DNA of 64,000 nucleotides from the human T2T-CHM13v2.0 reference genome, Homo sapiens: NCBI GenBank assembly GCA_009914755.4, contig CP086569.2, positions 19,424,001 to 19,488,000 of the forward strand, read 5' to 3'. Shown piece by piece: positions 37,352 to 49,699 of this stretch (position 1 is its first letter; each line of letters starts with the position of its first letter). The notes under the pieces were generated by a model. It saw only the letters and a program-made list of their open reading frames with translations, ran no database searches and was not told where the DNA came from. The position numbers and the translations under genes were made by a program.

Positions 37352-37669
37352 GGCCGGGCACAGTGGCTCATGCCTGTAATGCCAGCACTTTGGGACGCCA
37401 AGGTGGGTGGATCACCTGAGGTCAGGAGTTTGAGACCAGCCTGACCAACATGGAGAAACACCATCTCTACTAAAAATACAAAATCAGCCGGGTGTGGTGC
37501 CACATGCCTGTAATCCCAGCTACTTGAGAGGATGAGGCAGGAGAATCATTTGAACCAGGGAGGTAAAGCTTGCAGAGAGCTGAGATGCTGAGATTGTGTG
37601 TCATTGCACTTTAGCCTGGGCAACAAAAAGAAACTCCATCTCAAAAAAAAAAAAAAAAAAAAAAAAAAC
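37352..37669 (+). mobile_element. Alu element (plus orientation) with a long poly-A tail
   Basis: ggccgggcacagtggctcatgcctgtaatgccagcactttgggacgccaaggtgggtggatcacctgaggtcaggagtttgagaccagcctgaccaacatgg... ending in a 28-nt A-run. The 139-aa ORF 37084-37503 on the minus strand overlaps this Alu and is not a gene. Confidence 0.92.
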
Positions 37670-38371
37670 ACAACAACAAAAAAAGAACGAAAAGAAAAAA
37701 AAAAGTTGCTGACTAGTTTGACTTCATGGGGAATGAGAGCATCACTGACATGTTGAGAAGACTGTCTCTGTACATGGCTCCACAGAAATGGCAATACTAG
37801 TTAATTTTATTTTATTTTATTTATTAATTATTTTCTGGTAGTGTTTATCTGGAATAGTTTGGTTATTACCTTTAGAAGTGTTTCATGCTATTGTGTGTGG
37901 TTAGGTCATCCTCTCCTTGTCCTTTGGTTGAGAGAGAAGAGGATTTCCTTGAAGTCCTTTTCTTCTGTGCCTATTGGAGATTCTGGATTGGAAACTTCTA
38001 CAGTCCATCATCTGCGATATACGGAAGACACTAGGAAAACCAAGTAAAGTGACCATGATACCACTCTGCAAGTCCTTATGTCCCCAGACAAACTGTCTTC
38101 CTTTTTCTATCTTTCAGATCCTGTCCTTGTTTTTTGTCTTTACATCTGTGGTGTTTCAGTTGTTCAGAGGAAACAATGGGGTGTTGCATTGTAACTAGAA
38201 ATCCTAGGAAGTGAAAGTTTGAGAATGGCTTTTAAAGTACCATGCAAACCAAATCTCATAATGCAAAACATGGGAAGATATGGCATGACATAATTTACCC
38301 AAAATAAAGTGATTTTTATAAAATAAAGTCTTCACCAAATTTAAATAATCTCAAAGAAGTCTGCTGAGATC

Positions 38372-41300
38372 AGCTTGGTCATGGAGACCTTAACCCAGCT
38401 GTGCTAGAGGAATTAAAGACAGACACACAGAATTATGAAGTACAGAGTGGGAATCAGTGGGCTGACAGCCTTCAGAGCTGACAGCCATGAACAGAGTTTT
38501 ACCCACATATTTGACAGTAAGCCAGTGATAAGCATTGTTTCTGTAGATTGTAGATTCAGTAAAAAGGAAGACAAAGAGTTGGGTTCTCACTAGTTATCTG
38601 AAGCAGGAGCAGGTCCTTGAGGCACAGATCGCTCATGATATTCTTTGTGGTTCAGGAATGCCTTAAGCGGTTTTCTGCCCTGGGTGGGCCAGGTGTTCCT
38701 CGCCCTCATTCCAGTAAACCCACAACCCTCAGTGTGAGTGTCATACCCATCATGAGCATGTCATAGTGCTTCAGAGATTTTGTTTATGGCCAGTTTGGGG
38801 GCCTGTCTATGGCCAGATTTGGGGGTCTGTTCTCTACATATTCCTCTTTTTGGTTTTTCCAATTCGATAAAAGCAAAGGTGGCTTTATCACGGTGAACTA
38901 CGTCTCACAGGACTTGGGATCTGCATCTGCAGACTATACAAAGACAAACAACACAGATTTAAAGCACAATCATCTTTAAATCAGAGTCTCCAAGTGTTTT
39001 TGTCCTTTTTAATGGGTTAATAGCAGCTAATCCATCCACAGCTCTTTCAAGCACTCCTGTTCCTGGCATTAAGATCAAGCGTGCCTGGGATAATTCAAAT
39101 ATTTGCTCTTCTTAATTTTGCAATATCCAAAGACATATTTGTAGAATGTCCTTCTAGATGCGTTTTTATTCTTTCCCAAATTTTGATCAGATTGCCGTTC
39201 TAGATGCTTTTTTATTCTTTCCCAAATTTTGATCTTATTAAGAGCCAATAACAGTTTCCACAAATCCTAATGTTTAGCTCCTAGAGCGGGTTGTATCATT
39301 TGTTGTTGAGGTGCCATTTTACCTCCATGTTTCCAGAAGATCTCTTGCTGTATCTCTTACCATTTCTACCATCTGACCATTTTGGTCAGACAAGCTGAAC
39401 ATAGTGTGGCCTTGGCACACAGACCGAGAGGTGCGATTTAAGCTAAACTTCCCCTTAGGGGACAAATCAATAAATATTCCATAGGAATCGTTGCAGAGCA
39501 CCTCTGCATGTTCTGCAATGCAATTTTCTAAAACAAGTACATTCATTTATTCTGGCCGTGTCTATTTCTGTTTACAATTAGATTCTTGAGGGCAGTATGC
39601 CTCAATTCTAGGAGCAGATTCATTATGATAAACACTGAGACCAGAAAGCATATGTAACTGTGTCAGCCCTGCAAAGGAATACTCATGGCAATGGTGATCA
39701 CCAGTATCATAGCTATCATTATATGGGGGACTCATTGTCCTACTTTCCTCAGGTTTTCTTTTGCCATCTGTGGCAGCTTCTTGATCTGTCCCCAGGTAGG
39801 TGGCTGTGTTCAATGCGTGTTGCTCGTGATAGTTGGGGTACTCCTCAGCATCAACTTAGAGAATGCTGCCACCGCTGGATCTTTGAGATCCTCCTAACAC
39901 CTCTTCCAGGGTATCTGGCTCATAAGCAGGGCTTTAGGCATCTCAGTAGCACCCACATTGGCAGTTGATCAGTCCTGGAGAAACACAAGCATAACCTCTA
40001 CCCCATGTTATTATTTTACCTATTTCCTAATTTTCTGTTATTGGATCTCACCACCAAACCAGTTTTTCTGCTTCTGTCTTTGCAGCTGGTTTCTGCAGAT
40101 GCTGATCAGCTGCTGATAGCATCTGGCCTCTAGACAGGCTCAAAAAATTTAGAGTCAATAATGCTACATTCAATTTCCTATGTGGTATCCCGTAGTCCTT
40201 GATTCCCCCTTTGGCTTTTGCAACTGCTCTTTCAGGGAGAGATTCATTCTTTCCGCTACGGCTTGTCCTTGAAAATTATATGAGATACAAGTTATGTGTC
40301 TAATATTCCATATAGAGAAAAATGTCGCTACAGCTTCATTAGGGTAGCCTAGGGCATTGTCCATTTTAATAGAAGCTGGACTGCCCATCAACACAAAACA
40401 CTGCAAAAGTTGACATTTAACACAGGCAGAAGACTCTCCTAATTGGCACGTAGCCCAGACGAAGTGAGAAAAGGTGTTTACACATACATGTACGTAAGTT
40501 AGTCTCCCAAATGAGGAAACATGTGTGACATCCATTTGCCAAAGATCCTTAGGTTCCAATCCTCAAGGATTAACTCTTCCTGTAAAAGATGAGGAATGCA
40601 AGCTGGGTATTGCTGGATAATAGCTTTAGCTTCTTTCCAGGTAATGCTGGACCTGCATTTGAGACCAAAGGCATTAACATGGGTTAAATTGTGAAAGTGT
40701 TTGGCATTAGATATTGTAGCAGCAAATAGGTGGTCAGCCATTTGATTCCCTGCAGTCAAAGGTCCTGGAAGAGATGTATGAGCTCTAATATGAGTAATGT
40801 AAAAAGGGTGCATTCTACTCCTAGCTGCTCTTTGTAATTGGGTAAATTCATCAGTCACTCATCTGTGTGGAATCATGCTGAGCATTTTCAACCGACTGTG
40901 TAGAATGAACCACATATGAAGAATCAGAAATCACATTTATAGGCATATTACAAGCAGTCCATACCTCAATTACAGTTACAAGCTCCGACTTTTGAGCTGA
41001 AGTATAGGGCATTCAGAAAACTTTACCTTTCGAGCCAGAATAAAAAGCTTTGGTATTACTAGACTCCTCTGTGAAGATATTTTTAGCATTTTCAATAGGT
41101 TTAAATTTGGTTATTTTAGGGAGAATCCAATGAGTTAATTTCAAAAATTGAAATAATTTTGTTTTTGGAAAATGGTTATCAAGAATACAAAGTCAGATAA
41201 ATGTGTTTGTCAAGTAAGGCTATTTGTAAAAGCCTGTTGTATTTGTGTCTTTGTAAGGGGGACAATAATTTTTCCAGGATGATATCCTTGTAATTTAATG

Positions 41301-42036
41301 ATCTAAGTTCTTCCATTTCCTATCATAGTAGTGATTTGATCCAAATAAGGAGTCAAAGTCCATGAATTAGTACGTGGAAAAAAAATCCATTCTACAAGGT
41401 ATTGCCCTTGAACAATAACACCAGTAGGTGAATGCTGAGTTGAAAAAAAAAAATCTGTAAATCTAGAACTGGAGCCCACACTTGTCCCATTGTAACCCTG
41501 ATGCTTCCGAACTTCTCTACTTACTCACCATGGGGATTTCTTAAGAGTAGCCAGGTGTCCTTCAGTGTAGTTCCACATTCTCCCACCCTCACTTTGGTGA
41601 CTCTTTGACCTGGGTTTGATTCCCCCGTATGGTCACGACTTGCCGAAGCCACATCAGTCATGGAGACCATAACCCAGTAGCGCTAGTGGCATTAAAGACA
41701 CACACACAGAAATAGAGAGTGTGGAGTGGGAATCAGGGGGCTGACAGCTTTCAGAGCTGAGACCCATGAACAGAGTTGTACCCACATATTTATTGACAGC
41801 AAGCCAGTGATAAGCATTATTTCTATAGATTATAGATTAACTAAAATGGGAGACAAAGGATGGGCTCTGGCTACTTAACTGCAGCAATAATTTGTCCTTG
41901 AGGCAGTTTCAGGAATGCCTTAAGAAGTTTTCTGCCCTGGGTGTGCCAGCTGTTTCTTGCCCTCATTCTGGTAAACCAACAACCTTCAGCATGGGCATCA
42001 TAGCAATCATGAGCATGGCCTGTTCCCAACAAATTT
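38372..42036 (-). mobile_element. ERVK (HML-type betaretrovirus-like) provirus on the minus strand, internally deleted. It has about 380-bp LTRs (38379-38760 and 41658-42017) flanking 2.9 kb of truncated pol(RNase H-IN) and partial env. It is absent from paralog B.
   Basis: The two LTR copies are roughly 85% identical (tcatggagacc(t/a)taacccag...ccagtgataagcatt(g/a)tttct(g/a)tagatt...gcatcatgagcatg). In provirus orientation they read TGTTGGGAACAGG...gtcaataaatatgtggg...ggtctccatga. The minus-strand ORF 40170-40559 ([37 protein letters not shown]...[10 protein letters not shown]) closely matches the HERV-K integrase core that I recall ([37 protein letters not shown]...NSQGQAIVER). The ORF 40499-40858 carries the RNase H end (IRAHTSLPGPL). 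The ORFs 39319-39546 and 39562-39813 resemble the HERV-K env SU. Confidence 0.8.
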
Positions 42037-43281
42037 GTTATAATATATGTAAACTAGCCAATGATTTATAGCATATTAATAATATAGATCAATGAAGAAA
42101 TGATAAAATACCTCTCCTACACTTGGAAATGAAATAAAGTTGGCAAGGCTTCCAGAAAATGTAATCAAAAATATGTACTTCCTCAACTGCAGAAGGGTTA
42201 TAGTAAAAATACCTTTCTGAGAGGTTTTATTTGTTAAGTGGCAAATGATTTAATAGAAATCAAGCACTTATGTCTAGTTCACTGGAGCAAAGTTAAAAGT
42301 TGCAAAAGCAACTCTTATGAAAGCCAGAGATTATAACTGTATGACAAATTTTAAAAAATCACACTGACTATCAAGAAAAGAAACAGCTCTGAGGTTTGGA
42401 CTTTAGCAATATTAGTTTGAGATTAAACTTGGTCGTTCATTGAAACAGTCAACAGAGCAGTAAATTTAGATATATTCCCAGGAAAGAGACCATTTCTGTG
42501 TTCAGCGGGGTTGGGCTCCCTGCCTAAATACTTGGTGAAAAAAAGTGTGGTTCAGACATTTAAGTAAAATATTTAAGTCAGTACAGAACATCATGTCCTG
42601 CAGATAGCAGGATCTAACACAGAATGCGGTTTTTTATTGAAATTGATGAGAAAAGATTTTTATCTCAACCTCTATCCTGTGGGATATGCAAGACTGAGGT
42701 TAGATTTTTCATGTTACCTACATAATATAACTACCCCCAAAGCAGAAACTGGTATAAAATACTAGATTGCACAATTAAGTTCCTAAAATCCTGAAAAGAT
42801 TAACATAAAACTCCCCCCATAAGTATCACTTTACACTCAAGAACTAAAGATCGCTTTACCACTTCACAGACAACATTAACAATTCACTGATGGATGTTCC
42901 ACGTCCTAGGAGGTAGCCAGGGAAGACACACTTAAGGGTCGTACCCAAGGATAAAAAGTTGAATAAAAAATGAGTAAGTTTAGGTGTTCTCTGAGATGAA
43001 GAAATGGAATCTAAAAGCAAAAACAGGTGGTAGGAGGACAAAAATAAATTTTTAAAATAGACAATTATACATTTTTGAAAAGTGAACCATATATGAAGGT
43101 TCATGAACCATATATTATAGGAACTCAATTTTTTTTTTGTTTGTTTCTTATGCAGTAGATTCCACACAAATATAGCAAGAATAAGTACTTTCCTAAGTAG
43201 ATCTGTAAGTAAGTTTGCCAGGTGCAGGGTGATAATAATACATTTGAAATGTCACCTTTCAATTTAAATTTAATTACTTGT

Positions 43282-43473
43282 GGCTGGGCATGGAGGCTCA
43301 CACCTGTAATCCCAGCGCTTTGTGAGGTGGAGGCAGGCAGATCAGGAGGTCAGGAGATCGAGACCATCCTGGCTAACACGGTGAAACCCCATCTCTACTA
43401 AAAATACAAAGAGTTAGCCGGGCGTGGTGGCAGTGGCCTGTAGTCCCATCTACTCGGAAGGCTGATGCAGGAG
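43282..43473 (+). mobile_element. Alu, truncated at its 3' end (no right-arm end or A-tail). It sits exactly where paralog B carries a 2.7-kb block.
   Basis: ggctgggcatggaggctcacacctgtaatcccagcgctttgtgaggtggaggcaggcagatcaggaggtcaggagatcgagaccatcctggctaacacggtgaaaccccatctctactaaaaatacaaagagttagccgggcgtggtggcagtggcctgtagtcccatctactcggaaggctgatgcaggagg is followed directly by the A/B-homologous sequence. Confidence 0.85.
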
Positions 43474-44082
43474 GTACTGGGTATTAGTGATGGTAATCTT
43501 TGTGTTTTTCATTATGAAATAATGTATGTAACTGTTGGGTACATCAGTGCTTTTAAATGGGCTGCTTAATTTAGGATTAACTATGTATATTCATGTTAAG
43601 AATTAACACGATTTGACTGTTTCCTGTATTTTATAGTATACATGTGCAGAAATATATTCAAAATTGAGGAAGGAAGCATACCTTTATCAGGGTGCTATTA
43701 AACTTGAACATCAAGTATCATATATCAGTTGAGGGTTTTTTTTTTTGATTACTCCATAAAAACGCCTATTTGGGGTGTTTTTTTTAAAATTGGGAGAAGC
43801 TGTCTTCTGTGTAGGACGGCTATTTCAAAATATTTCAGTGTTTTGTTTCCTGTTGCATGACAGATTTAACTTTTTTTTTTTTTTTCCAGCAGTCGTGGTA
43901 CATCAGAGTCCAGTGTTCTAGAAGAGGCAGTGTCTCCACCCTAATTTTACTTTTCTAATTCTGGTAGCTACAGGAATTTTTGAAAGTTTTGTTTAAGTAG
44001 TCTGACATTTTTATGTAAAGAGCATGAAATCGTGCTATGTATAAATTTTCAACATCTAAAAGTGAATCAACATTTTCAATCC

Positions 44083-44374
44083 TTGAATCCCAGCATTTTT
44101 GGGAGGCTGAGGTGCATGGGTCATGAGGTCAGGAGATCGAGACCATCCTGGCGAACACGGTAAAACCCAGTTCCTACTAAAAAGTTAAAAAATGAGCCAG
44201 GCATGGTAGTGGGCCCCTATAGTCCCAGTTACTCCAAAGGTTGAGGCCAGAGAATGGGAGGAACCCAGGAGGCGGGCTTGCAATGAGCTGAGATCCCACC
44301 AATGCACTCCAGTCTGGGCAACAGAGTGAGACTCTGTCTAAAAAATAAATAAATAAATAAAATAAGAAAAAAAG
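44083..44374 (+). mobile_element. Alu (5'-truncated by about 15 nt) with an A-rich tail and target-site duplication. Present only in copy A.
   Basis: tgaatcccagcatttttgggaggctgaggtgcatgggtcatgaggtcaggagatcgagaccatcctggcgaacacgg... with tail aaaaaataaataaataaataaaataag. TSD attttcaatc (44072-44081 and 44379-44388). Confidence 0.88.
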
Positions 44375-46529
44375 AAAATATTTTCAATCAGTGCCAAGGG
44401 CTTCTTGAAGTTCCAATCAAGTGTTACAATAAATATTTGTAGATAATGGTCGATACTTATGCATACTTATTTTAAAGATATATTTAGGTGGGAATAGTTG
44501 TGGATGTATTAAGAGTAATGAAATAGAATGTTAGCTTCATTTACTTGTGTTTTTACCATATAATAAATCCTATCATTTTTTTTTTTTTGTCCTCAGTATG
44601 GTGTCACATTTGAATAATGTGCATAACAAAGATTTCACATTGTTATAAAATCAAGTCTGTGAATGCTACTTGTTTTATTTCTGGCAAAAATCTCTTCAGC
44701 AATTTAAGAAAATATTATAATTCACTGGTGCAGTATTGGGCATAAAATTGCCACTAGCACTTTGTAGTTATCTGTATAAAGTTAAAAGTTTTCTGACCAG
44801 TTTTGTAGCAAATTAAATCCATCTACCTGTAAGATTAACAAGGCTGAAACTTGGGCAAAGTACAAAACAAGGGCCCCTGTGCAGTTGCTTATTTTTCAAA
44901 TGGATGGTACAAAAGTTGATGGAAAGATTTACTCAGGAATATAAAGAAACCTAGTTCTAACAGTTACTCTCTAGAGTAGCAGAGCTAAATATGTTACTCA
45001 GGATTTTATTTAACCTGTTAAATTATTAAGGGAAAGACCACAGTTATGATAGAAAAAAATCAAAAATTTTGTTTCAGGTTTATTTGGTATCTTCATAATG
45101 TTCTCAGTTTCTTCCCTGGGGAGTTTCTGCCTTAGCTTACAGGTTTTATAGTCAGTAATTCTTAATGAATCAATAAATTCTTTAATGCAAATTTCTAATA
45201 GTTTCTCTTGGCTGACTAAAGGAACCATTCAGGGTTTGTGTATGGAACACGCTGTGTTGGGAAACCAGGTACATTTTGACTTTGTCACTAGATTGAAGCA
45301 TGCCTGCAGGGAGAATTCTTGGACCATCCTTCTTGAGCACTGATTACATGGGGGAAAGGGAATGATTTTGAAATTAGGTATGCATTAATTTTATAAAATA
45401 CATTGCCCTAAGAACCATTATTGGAACATATATGTAATTTAAAAGCCTAAAAACTGTGGTGACTTCTAAAAATAAAATTTAGCAAGTACATCAAAATAAA
45501 CCATCAGGTATGCTTTTAACACCAGGATACTTCAGACTTACATAAAATATTAATGTCAGTACTCATGTACTTGTTATATGATGATAAGTCTTTTCTTTCT
45601 TACTCCTAAAATAGTAAGTCATCTCAACCTTTACAAACTTTGACAAATCAAAATCTCTTAAATATTTTATCTTAAGCAAAAAACTATAAATTTTTCTCAA
45701 AAGAGTGAAACATTTGAAAGACGCAAGGATCCATATAAACTTTGGATTTTTAATGCCTTTTTACCTTCTTGTCTTCAATGGGGAAGAAAGATACCCATTG
45801 CAAGCAGTTAAAATAAACCACAGAAGCCCTGGATGTCTTCCACCCACAGATTCCCCTGTCCATGGGCATTGGCAACTTATCTGTTGACTCCTGGTCTTGC
45901 TTCCACTGAATGATTTTTATGTATTTCTCTAAGGAATTTTCACAGTGAGCACATTTGTCTTTGGTTTCTTCATTACTCATTCTTAATTCATTTTTTAAAT
46001 CTAATTCATTTTTTCAGTGTTCACTTATTCCTGAATCATCCTCTTTAAAACACATGGGCACCAAAGCAGGAAATACACAAATACATTTGTAAAATATTTT
46101 AAGTGTTTAAAAAGGCCGTAATATAATCGCAATTTTTAAATTACAGCATGTATGTCAGTGAACTGATTTTTAAAATTGAAGTCATTGCTATCATCAACAG
46201 AAGGCAAATAGGTCATCTCAATGAAGGAAGCGATTAATTTCCTTCAAGTGGCCTGTGCTTTAGATTTGAATTAACCAGGAGTCTTGGGAACATCATATGT
46301 TGGTGTAATTCAAGCAAGACTTAGAATGTGTGTTAACTGGACAGAGAAATGTATCTGCTAAGCCAGAATCAGAACACAGAAGGGAAGCAGAGGTGCAGAG
46401 GAAGGAGGGAGGCGGTGTATGTCCCTGTAAGCAACCTTGGAATGGAAGCCACCTCCACCCTTGGTTTCTTCTACTGCCTGCTATCTGACGTTGACAACCT
46501 CTTGTTTAAGCTCCGTTTTTTGTTTAATT

Positions 46530-46585
46530 GGCTTTTGTTTATGTTTTTTGTTTTTTGTTTTGTTTTGTTTTGTTTTGAAACGGAG
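46530..46585 (+). repeat. (GTTT)n / T-rich microsatellite
   Basis: ttgtttatgttttttgttttttgttttgttttgttttgttttg. Confidence 0.9.
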
Positions 46586-48096
46586 TCCTGCAAGTGGACG
46601 GCGGCCCCTCCTAGGGTTTTAGCAATTACTCGGATGTGGACCCTTTCCATAACTTTTATTCTACTCCTGATCTCTATACATAGCCTCACATCCACATTTC
46701 TGATAGTTTCCCTCCAAACACATGCAGAAACTCCACAGCACCAGCTTCATCACAGGAGTGATTATCCCAGTTCTTCGCTCACGCTCTATCTTCCATCCAC
46801 CCAGTAACCAGCGCTGGCACATTCCCACTCCCTGTCCTGTGGCTGCAAGAGGGGTCTTCCTCATCATCTGCCTGGAATACTGAAACAGCCCTGTCAAGGC
46901 TCTCTGTGAATTCAGTCTCTGCCTGCCAGATACCTGTGGTCATCTGCACTAGGCATTCCCTGAAGGGAAGATATGTATCTCATGTGCAGTGTCTCCGTTC
47001 TGGCAGAGTCCAATGCCTTGGTATTCTGGGCTCTGATAATCTGCCTTTTTCTTTCCAGATTGATTTCCCACAACACCACCAACGTTGTACTAGAAATGTT
47101 TCATCTGTACCAACCTGCTTGCTGGGGCTGGGCTATGGCTGTATCTTCCTTGCTTGGCATTTGCCTTCACTGTCTCCTCAACCTGTGGCACTCTCATTCT
47201 GTCATAAAGCCTGATATGCTGTTGGAGACCCAAATGAAATTTCATCTCCTCCTTATTTCTGAATTGAAAAGTAACCACTCCAGCACCTTACTTGCACAAT
47301 ATCTTGTACCTGCTTCTTGAAAATATACACATATTTGTTTCTCCTACTTCTATTTTTTCCAGGGAAGGCCCATATTTTAACAAATTGTCTTTTCCCTCTG
47401 CATCTTGGCATGGGTCCCTACATCTCAAATATTTAAATAGACCTCATTCTCAGAGACAACTATGCTGACCTTTCTCTTCTGGTTCTAGCCATAACCTATT
47501 TTTTTTTTTTTTGGTAAGTTAGCAATGCAAATAAGCAGAAAAATATATAGGTTCACCATAGGACTCTGAACTTTTTGCTCACCTTGTTCTAAAGTCATCA
47601 ACAGGGACTGAGTTAGTTTCAAAAATAGGAGAAAAGCAACACAGTTTTTTCTCTATCTACTCTATCTACACCTGCCATCTCTTCTCAATCCTTCTCATAA
47701 AATTAAAATAACTGAAGAGACAGTTGATCATTTCCACAGGCAGAAATGTAACATCCTCTGTGCTAGAAGAACAAGAAGAAAAAAGTTACTCATAAATGAG
47801 GTTTCTTTCTTATATGGAATAGTAATTTCAAGATAGCAATGTTATTTAAGCACCTCTTTGTTAAGAAAGAAAGAGGAAGAAAAACTACTTCTTTGCTCTG
47901 GTGTATATTTTGTAACTACACAGTGGAATACTGAAGGATCTTTGGACACAACGGAAAGAAATGAAGTACGTCCATTGGGCACCTTATATCAGAAACAGTA
48001 AATTTCAGACTTTTCAATTTCCTTTGAGCCCAGATGAACAAGTGAAATGAGGAATATGCTACTCACTATGCTGTTTAATAAATTATTTTTATTATT

Positions 48097-48388
48097 CTTA
48101 TTTTTTTTTAGATGGACTCTCACCAACTTGCCCAGGCTGGAGTACAGTTGAGTGGTCAGCTCAATGCAACCTCTGCCTCCTGGGTTCAAGTGATGCTTCT
48201 GCTTCAGCCTCCCAAGTAGCTGGCACTACAGGTGCATGCCACCACGCTTGGCTAATTTTTGTTTTTTTTTAGTGGAGATCTGGTTTCAACCATGTTAACC
48301 AGGATGGTCTTGATCTCCTGCCCTCATGATCCACTTGCCTCAGCATCCCAAAGTGCTGGGGTTACAGACGTGAGCCAACGAGCCCAGT
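48097..48388 (-). mobile_element. Alu element (minus orientation)
   Basis: tttttttttagatggactctcaccaacttgcccaggctggagtacagttgagtggtcagctcaatgcaacctctgcctcctgggttcaagtgatgc...gggttacagacgtgagccaacgagcccag. Confidence 0.88.
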
Positions 48389-49699
48389 CAATAATTTTTA
48401 AAGCCAATATTATAATCGACATTCCATCTCAGAGGCAGAACACCAAGTTATTCAGTTGAATTCCCTCATCTTATTGTGTTCTTTTTACTCCCTTTCCCAG
48501 GTCTGTGACAAATGGCTGCCTGTCAGAAACTCCCTCTTGTGGCCATGGCCCCTACTCACCTGCTTCAGCCCACCCCTGCTGCAGTACTGAGTAATAGCTT
48601 ACTGATCATCTGCCTCAGTGGCTAGAAATTCAGGATGAAACGAGTTTGGTTTGATTCACTGTCATATGATCAGCCCCAAGGAAACTGCCCAGCAGAGACA
48701 GGCTCTAGATGAGGACTTACAGAGTGCTTTCCAGAGCACATTTACTCTTGAATCAGCAAAATCAAACTTCTCAAAACCCCTTGCCTCTTTAAGTAATTCT
48801 GTATGTTTCTGAAAGCCATGACTTTAACCAGAAAACTGCTAACCAGATGTTTGGAAATGTTTGTAAGATGATGTATTTCCAACATTTGGGAGGGATGAAG
48901 AGGTGGCCTTACTTGTGAAAACAGCTTTCATATTTGAAGAGTAACACTATGGTGCCAGAAGAAAAGGGCCTGGCTGTTTGCTCATCCCTAGAATAAAGGA
49001 CAAATCTCCTACTGTTGTGGGAATTAAGGAACAGGAGAGACCAATGAGTGGAACAGGAGGATTTTATTGGATGTAGCTTGACTTAGTGGAATAGCATTTA
49101 AAGGCTGAGCCCTGAACAAAGACAGGGCTTGACTTTTAACACAAGCACCCAAAGAGGGTTGGCCAGCTAGTGGCATGAAATCTGCAGGATGGGCAAGCAA
49201 GCTTATAGAAGCAGAACAAAGACACTTTTTTAAAGAAAGTGACAGGTGTTGTAACTCACGCATGTCTCATGACCTTTGCAATAATACTTGGATAGAAAAA
49301 CAACAGCAACTTTCAAAATGTTTGTAAACCTCCAGAAGTGGTTATAAAAATAGCTGTGAGAGCAGCACAAAGAATATTGGTGTGGCATGAGAGTTCTAAA
49401 GAGGGGAAATTGATAAGAAGAACTTGTTTTTCTCATTCCTGCTTCTCAAATCCATTCTTTCCAGGCCCTAGCTCTGCTAATAGTGCTATTAGAGCCCCAA
49501 CAGGTTCTGGCTTATCACTGGGTGTTGGAGTGAGTCACCTCAGTACAGAGAAAATTTTTTGTGTGTGTGTGGTGTTGTTTTTTAGCATTCCCCAATTCAT
49601 TTCCACCTTTGATGCTTTTCTTAAATGAGGTTTAATAGAGAATATAATCACCATTTAATTCTTCAAGGTGGGGCAGTTCCCTATTTGTCAGTGGTTGGT

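Larger units (their letters stand above)
37848..45010 (+). repeat. Copy A of an intra-window direct duplication (paralog of 57722-63395), interrupted by an ERVK provirus and two Alus
   Basis: Alignment by eye: 37848-38350 matches 57722-58230; 42037-43280 matches 58231-59444; 43474-45010 matches 62165-63395 (with an Alu at 44083-44374 present only in A). Examples: ...gggagagaagaggatttcct(t/c)gaag... and ...cccaggaaagagaccatttct(g/t)tgttcag(c/t)gggg... . Roughly 85-90% identity. Confidence 0.8.

Noticed and set aside
37084-37503. 139-aa ORF on the minus strand
   Set aside because: Most of it is the reverse translation of an Alu element (37352-37669). This is a typical Alu-derived spurious ORF.
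46349-46807. 152-aa ORF spanning a (GTTT)n microsatellite
   Set aside because: It is hydrophobic and low-complexity because it reads through T-rich simple repeat. There is no domain similarity.
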